A DNA stretch of 53,821 nucleotides from an uncultured Planctomycetia bacterium. GTDB taxonomy: Bacteria > Omnitrophota > Gorgyraeia > Duberdicusellales > 4484-171. The notes under the pieces were generated by a model. The model was not told where the DNA came from. It did not search any database and saw nothing but the letters and a program-made list of their open reading frames with translations. This document shows positions 50,795 through 53,821 of this stretch, piece after piece (the first letter of the stretch is position 1; each line of letters opens with the position of its first letter). Both the position numbers and the translations under genes were made by a program. The stretch covers positions 1,252 to 55,072 of the forward strand of contig CAYQUQ010000004.1 of NCBI GenBank assembly GCA_964420965.1. Reading direction: 5' to 3'.

Positions 50795-52771
50795 ATGGGT
50801 AAATTTAATATTTTGTATGTAAGTGGGACCTCCCAAATCGGCGGGGCTGAAATCAGCCTCCTAAATCTGATCAAACATTTGAATCGAGAGGTTTTCGCAG
50901 TGATTGCAGCTTTGCCTTGCGCTGGGCCCTTGATGGAGCGGCTAAAGACCCTGGGTGTTGATGTGGTCACAACCGGTCTTCAAGAATTTTCAAAAAGAAG
51001 ATGTTTCTCTTTCGGGGGAGCTGTTTTTGCTTTATCCCGTTTAATAAGAAAGAAAGGCGTAGATTTAGTTCACGCCAATTCCATATACATCGCCGAGCAG
51101 AGCCTCTTTGCGGCTAAACTGGCCGGTGTGCCCTGTGTTGGTCATGTCCGCGATTTAGTTCCGGTCTTGGGAGGTGGAAAGGTAAGAAAGGCCGCATTTA
51201 ATAAGATGGATAAAATAATCGCCATCTCCGAGGCAGTTAAGAGAGATTTGGTCGAAAAAATAGGAGTTTCCGAAAAGAAAGTGACTAAGATATATAACGG
51301 CGTAGATACTGAGGAGTTTAACCCTTCGGTTTCCGGAGAAAGTTTTCGAAAAGAGCTCAATTTAGGCCCGGTTAAGCTGGTGGGTATGGTGGGTAGATTT
51401 ACTCCCGAAAAGGGGCAGGATCTTTTTTTAAGGGCCGCCGCAAAGGTTATAGATGAGTATAGAGATGTTTGTTTTGCTGTGATAGGTGATGCCAAGTTAG
51501 GATCTGAACAGTTTAAGCAAGCGATGATAAATTTGTCTGTTGAGCTTGGCTTAGAGAATAAAGTTATATTTACTGGCTTTAGAGATGATTTACCTCGGGT
51601 GATGGCTGCTTTGGATATAGTGGTAGTTTCCTCTGTAGCCGAGCCTTTCGGACGGGTAATTGTTGAGGCTCTCGCCATGGAAAAAGGTGTTGTTGTCTCA
51701 GATTCCGGAGCAATACCAGAGATTGTTTCTAATGATTGTGGCATATTAGTTAATCCTGAGGATAATGAAGGGTTTAAAGAAGCGATTTTAGGACTTTTAA
51801 CAGATACCCAGAGATGTAAAGGATTAGGTGAATCAGGGAGGAGAATCGTTGAGGAAAAATTCGGCATCAAAAGACATGTTTCAGAGATGGAGGGCTTGTA
51901 TAAGAAACTGGGATTTTTTAGTATGTCAGACAACTGCTTTATGCAAAAACCTACTGACTACCGAGTATTTAATGAGAGTTATTACAAGGATAGTTCAGCT
52001 CCAGTACTTGCTGATAAAGAAACCGAACAGTTTCAGCACAGAGAAGTTGCCAGGTTCGCAAGCCAGGGTTTAAATAAAGGAGCCCGCATCCTTAATATAG
52101 GCTGTGGTGTAGGGCTTTTGTCGCACAGATTATCTGAATACTGCGAGCGTGTGATAAGCGTTGATGTATCGCAATATGCAGTTGAAAAGGCAAGGTCTAT
52201 GTATGGTGATAAAAAGTCATGGTTCACCAGGGCCAACGCTGAATATCTGCCTTTTAAATCCGAAATATTCGATTGCGTTGTGGCCAGCCATCTATTTACC
52301 CATTTAACTGATGAGCAAGCAAAAAAAGCCCAAAAGGAGATTTATAGGGTTACGAAAAAAGGAGGCAATCTGGTTGTAGAGCAGCCTCTTTGTGGTAAAA
52401 AAAGTATACCAGACGCCGCTCTTTTACTTTTATTTTCTTCTTGGAAAGTTAAAAAATATTATTGCAATTCGTACAAAGCGATAAAAAGAGCCAAAAAAGA
52501 TAACTCCCGCGCAGATTTTCATCATCTAGAAGGAGTTGGCGACCCAACCCATAGAAGAATATATGATCCTAGGCTATTAATAGACGAATTATTAAAGGCT
52601 GGATTCAAAACGTTTAAGTTTTCACGCAGAAAGATATTTTCAATTCTTTTTTTTAATAGGCAAGATTTATTTGAAAGCTATGTTAAGTTTTACATCAAGG
52701 TTCCGGAAATAATAAGGCGACTATTTTTAATTGATATCGGCGGCAGAGTTAAAGCCATAAAAGATGAATAA
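50795..52771 (+). CDS. Bi-domain protein: GT4 glycosyltransferase + class I SAM methyltransferase
   Basis: GT4: LDIVVVSSVAEPFGRVIVEALAMEKGVVVSDSGAIPEIV. MT motif I ILNIGCGVGL (~52087-52115), FDCVVASHLFTHLTDE, TKKGGNLVVEQP. Confidence 0.85.
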   Translation: MGKFNILYVSGTSQIGGAEISLLNLIKHLNREVFAVIAALPCAGPLMERLKTLGVDVVTTGLQEFSKRRCFSFGGAVFALSRLIRKKGVDLVHANSIYIAEQSLFAAKLAGVPCVGHVRDLVPVLGGGKVRKAAFNKMDKIIAISEAVKRDLVEKIGVSEKKVTKIYNGVDTEEFNPSVSGESFRKELNLGPVKLVGMVGRFTPEKGQDLFLRAAAKVIDEYRDVCFAVIGDAKLGSEQFKQAMINLSVELGLENKVIFTGFRDDLPRVMAALDIVVVSSVAEPFGRVIVEALAMEKGVVVSDSGAIPEIVSNDCGILVNPEDNEGFKEAILGLLTDTQRCKGLGESGRRIVEEKFGIKRHVSEMEGLYKKLGFFSMSDNCFMQKPTDYRVFNESYYKDSSAPVLADKETEQFQHREVARFASQGLNKGARILNIGCGVGLLSHRLSEYCERVISVDVSQYAVEKARSMYGDKKSWFTRANAEYLPFKSEIFDCVVASHLFTHLTDEQAKKAQKEIYRVTKKGGNLVVEQPLCGKKSIPDAALLLLFSSWKVKKYYCNSYKAIKRAKKDNSRADFHHLEGVGDPTHRRIYDPRLLIDELLKAGFKTFKFSRRKIFSILFFNRQDLFESYVKFYIKVPEIIRRLFLIDIGGRVKAIKDE

Positions 52772-53821
52772 AAGAAAAATTGCTTTAATGTGCATGGAAA
52801 ATTTTGTTGAGCCTCTTAAAAAAGAAAATTATGAAGTTTTCTGGACCCTACCTTTGTTTTACTCGCTTTTGCGTAAAGAAAGCAGTGCTGTTTCGCTAAA
52901 TTTACAGGGATTCGGTAAGCGCTTAGACTTATATAAAAATAAGATAGTAGAGTTTAATCCAGATTATTTTTTAGCTGAGCAATGGTATATTTTTAACTCT
53001 TTAAATCTGGTTAAGAACTCTGATAAGAGAAGAGTTTCTAGACTATGGATTGATTTTATTAATGTTTTGAATACAAGGGGAGTGGTAACTGCAATTTTGT
53101 GCGTTGATGATCCTAGAGCATTTAGCGATAAAACCATAAGGGCTATTACCCATGCATTTCAAATAGTAAAGACAACTAGTATGCAGATGGAAGCTCAATA
53201 TAGAAAATATGGCCAGAAGGTTTCCCGCCACTCTTATCACGTTACCATCGATATTATGCGAAATGGAGAGACCTTGCCGGATTTATCTTCGAAAGAAGTG
53301 CAAGAAAACCCTGATTTTAAATTCGATGTATTTTTTGTAGGTGTTATGAACCAGAAAAGGAGAGTATTTTACCGGTCTCTTTCTAGAAAAATTGGAGATT
53401 TAGATTTCTTTTTCGGTAATAAGGACTTTTTTTATACTTCTCGAAAAAACCTTGGTTTTTATCCCCCCAACCATGGCTACATAATGGCGATTTACCGAAA
53501 TTCCCCTATTAGCGTTATCTACGGAAACACAAGTGATTTGCCTTTTAGGAGGAGCTGGATGGTTACAGACCGAGTTTTTGAGATACCTTATTGCCGAGGA
53601 TTTTTTCTAAGTGATTACAGAAAACACCTTGTTGATTTATTTGATGTTGACCCTAAATTATATACTTTTAAGACTGTTTCAGAGTGTCATGAGAAGGTAA
53701 GGTTTTACTTAGAAAATAGAGATTTAAGAGAACAATTGGCAAAAGAGTTTCATGCCCAAGTTATGCAGCATTATACAGTTGATAAAGTGGCTGTTAAACT
53801 TATCGATGATATCCGCAAATT
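52764..53821 (+). CDS. CgeB-like / DUF3880-type glycosyltransferase family 1 protein, 3'-truncated by the window edge
   Basis: Not in the ORF track (no stop before the window end). I checked frame 3 codon by codon from ATG 52764 to 53821 and found no in-frame stop (352+ codons). It overlaps the upstream stop by 8 nt. The C-terminal part (DRVFEIPYCRGFFLSDYRKHLVDLFD..TFKTVSECHEKVRFYLENRDLREQLAKEFHAQVMQHYT) resembles the Glyco_trans_1_2 / CgeB C-terminal pattern. Confidence 0.6.
   Translation, partial: MNKRKIALMCMENFVEPLKKENYEVFWTLPLFYSLLRKESSAVSLNLQGFGKRLDLYKNKIVEFNPDYFLAEQWYIFNSLNLVKNSDKRRVSRLWIDFINVLNTRGVVTAILCVDDPRAFSDKTIRAITHAFQIVKTTSMQMEAQYRKYGQKVSRHSYHVTIDIMRNGETLPDLSSKEVQENPDFKFDVFFVGVMNQKRRVFYRSLSRKIGDLDFFFGNKDFFYTSRKNLGFYPPNHGYIMAIYRNSPISVIYGNTSDLPFRRSWMVTDRVFEIPYCRGFFLSDYRKHLVDLFDVDPKLYTFKTVSECHEKVRFYLENRDLREQLAKEFHAQVMQHYTVDKVAVKLIDDIRK

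Noticed and set aside
51142-51933. 263-aa minus-strand ORF
   Set aside because: It is antisense to a well-supported GT4 domain. The product is Ser/Thr/Pro-rich and low-complexity with no recognisable motif. This is a typical shadow ORF.
1-53821. Exosortase (EpsH/XrtA) and PEP-CTERM substrates, suggested by the Wza/Wzc/ExeA-like gene set
   Set aside because: No ORF has the exosortase polytopic pattern, and no protein ends in PEP + TM + basic tail. They are absent from this window, though they could lie outside it.

Overview
This 53.8-kb window is almost entirely coding. It reads as one very large surface-glycan (EPS, capsule or O-antigen-like) biosynthesis, decoration and export locus. I saw no rRNA, tRNA, CRISPR array, transposase or integrase. 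From 9.4 kb to the end, every supported gene is on the + strand, and many junctions have 1-4 nt stop/start overlaps (ATGA, TAATG).

Contents:
- About 16 glycosyltransferase domains: GT2, GT4, a split GT9, two GT-C/ArnT-like, a polyprenol-phosphate GT2, and a CgeB-like ORF open at the 3' edge.
- Seven SAM-methyltransferase domains. Four of them are fused to GT4 domains in three giant proteins.
- Five radical-SAM enzymes: two SPASM/twitch-type, two B12-binding, and one with an N-terminal SPASM-like Cys motif.
- A nucleotide-sugar dehydrogenase, a sulfotransferase, an FAD oxidoreductase and a membrane-anchored NPP/AlkP-type enzyme.
- A regulatory and export operon (12.2-26.8 kb): a tandemly duplicated small HTH gene, a PilZ protein, a Wzc-like fused tyrosine autokinase, a Wza-like OPX lipoprotein, a second Wzc-like protein with degenerate kinase motifs, an ExeA-like AAA ATPase, a degenerate HD-GYP-like protein, a split Wzz/BY-kinase pair, and a Wzm/Wzt ABC exporter.

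The most unusual part is the left end. An ORF absent from the track (2754-2864, 36 aa) carries a lasso-type leader motif (YxxPxLx3Gx5Tx), but its 13-aa cationic core cannot form a canonical lasso ring. It has its own consensus promoter. It is followed by a PqqD-like RRE, a sulfotransferase and a PF14907-type nucleotidyltransferase, with a second paralogue at 10.7 kb. A transglutaminase/B2-like gene end lies at the window edge. No lasso cyclase is visible.

Other points:
- A TTGACA-N17-TATACT promoter recurs at least four times.
- One gene appears to be leaderless.
- There is a GT9 frameshift and a GT2 gene remnant.
- There are two sharp AT-rich compositional blocks, one of which begins inside a gene.

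All family assignments come from motif recognition by eye. No database search was run.
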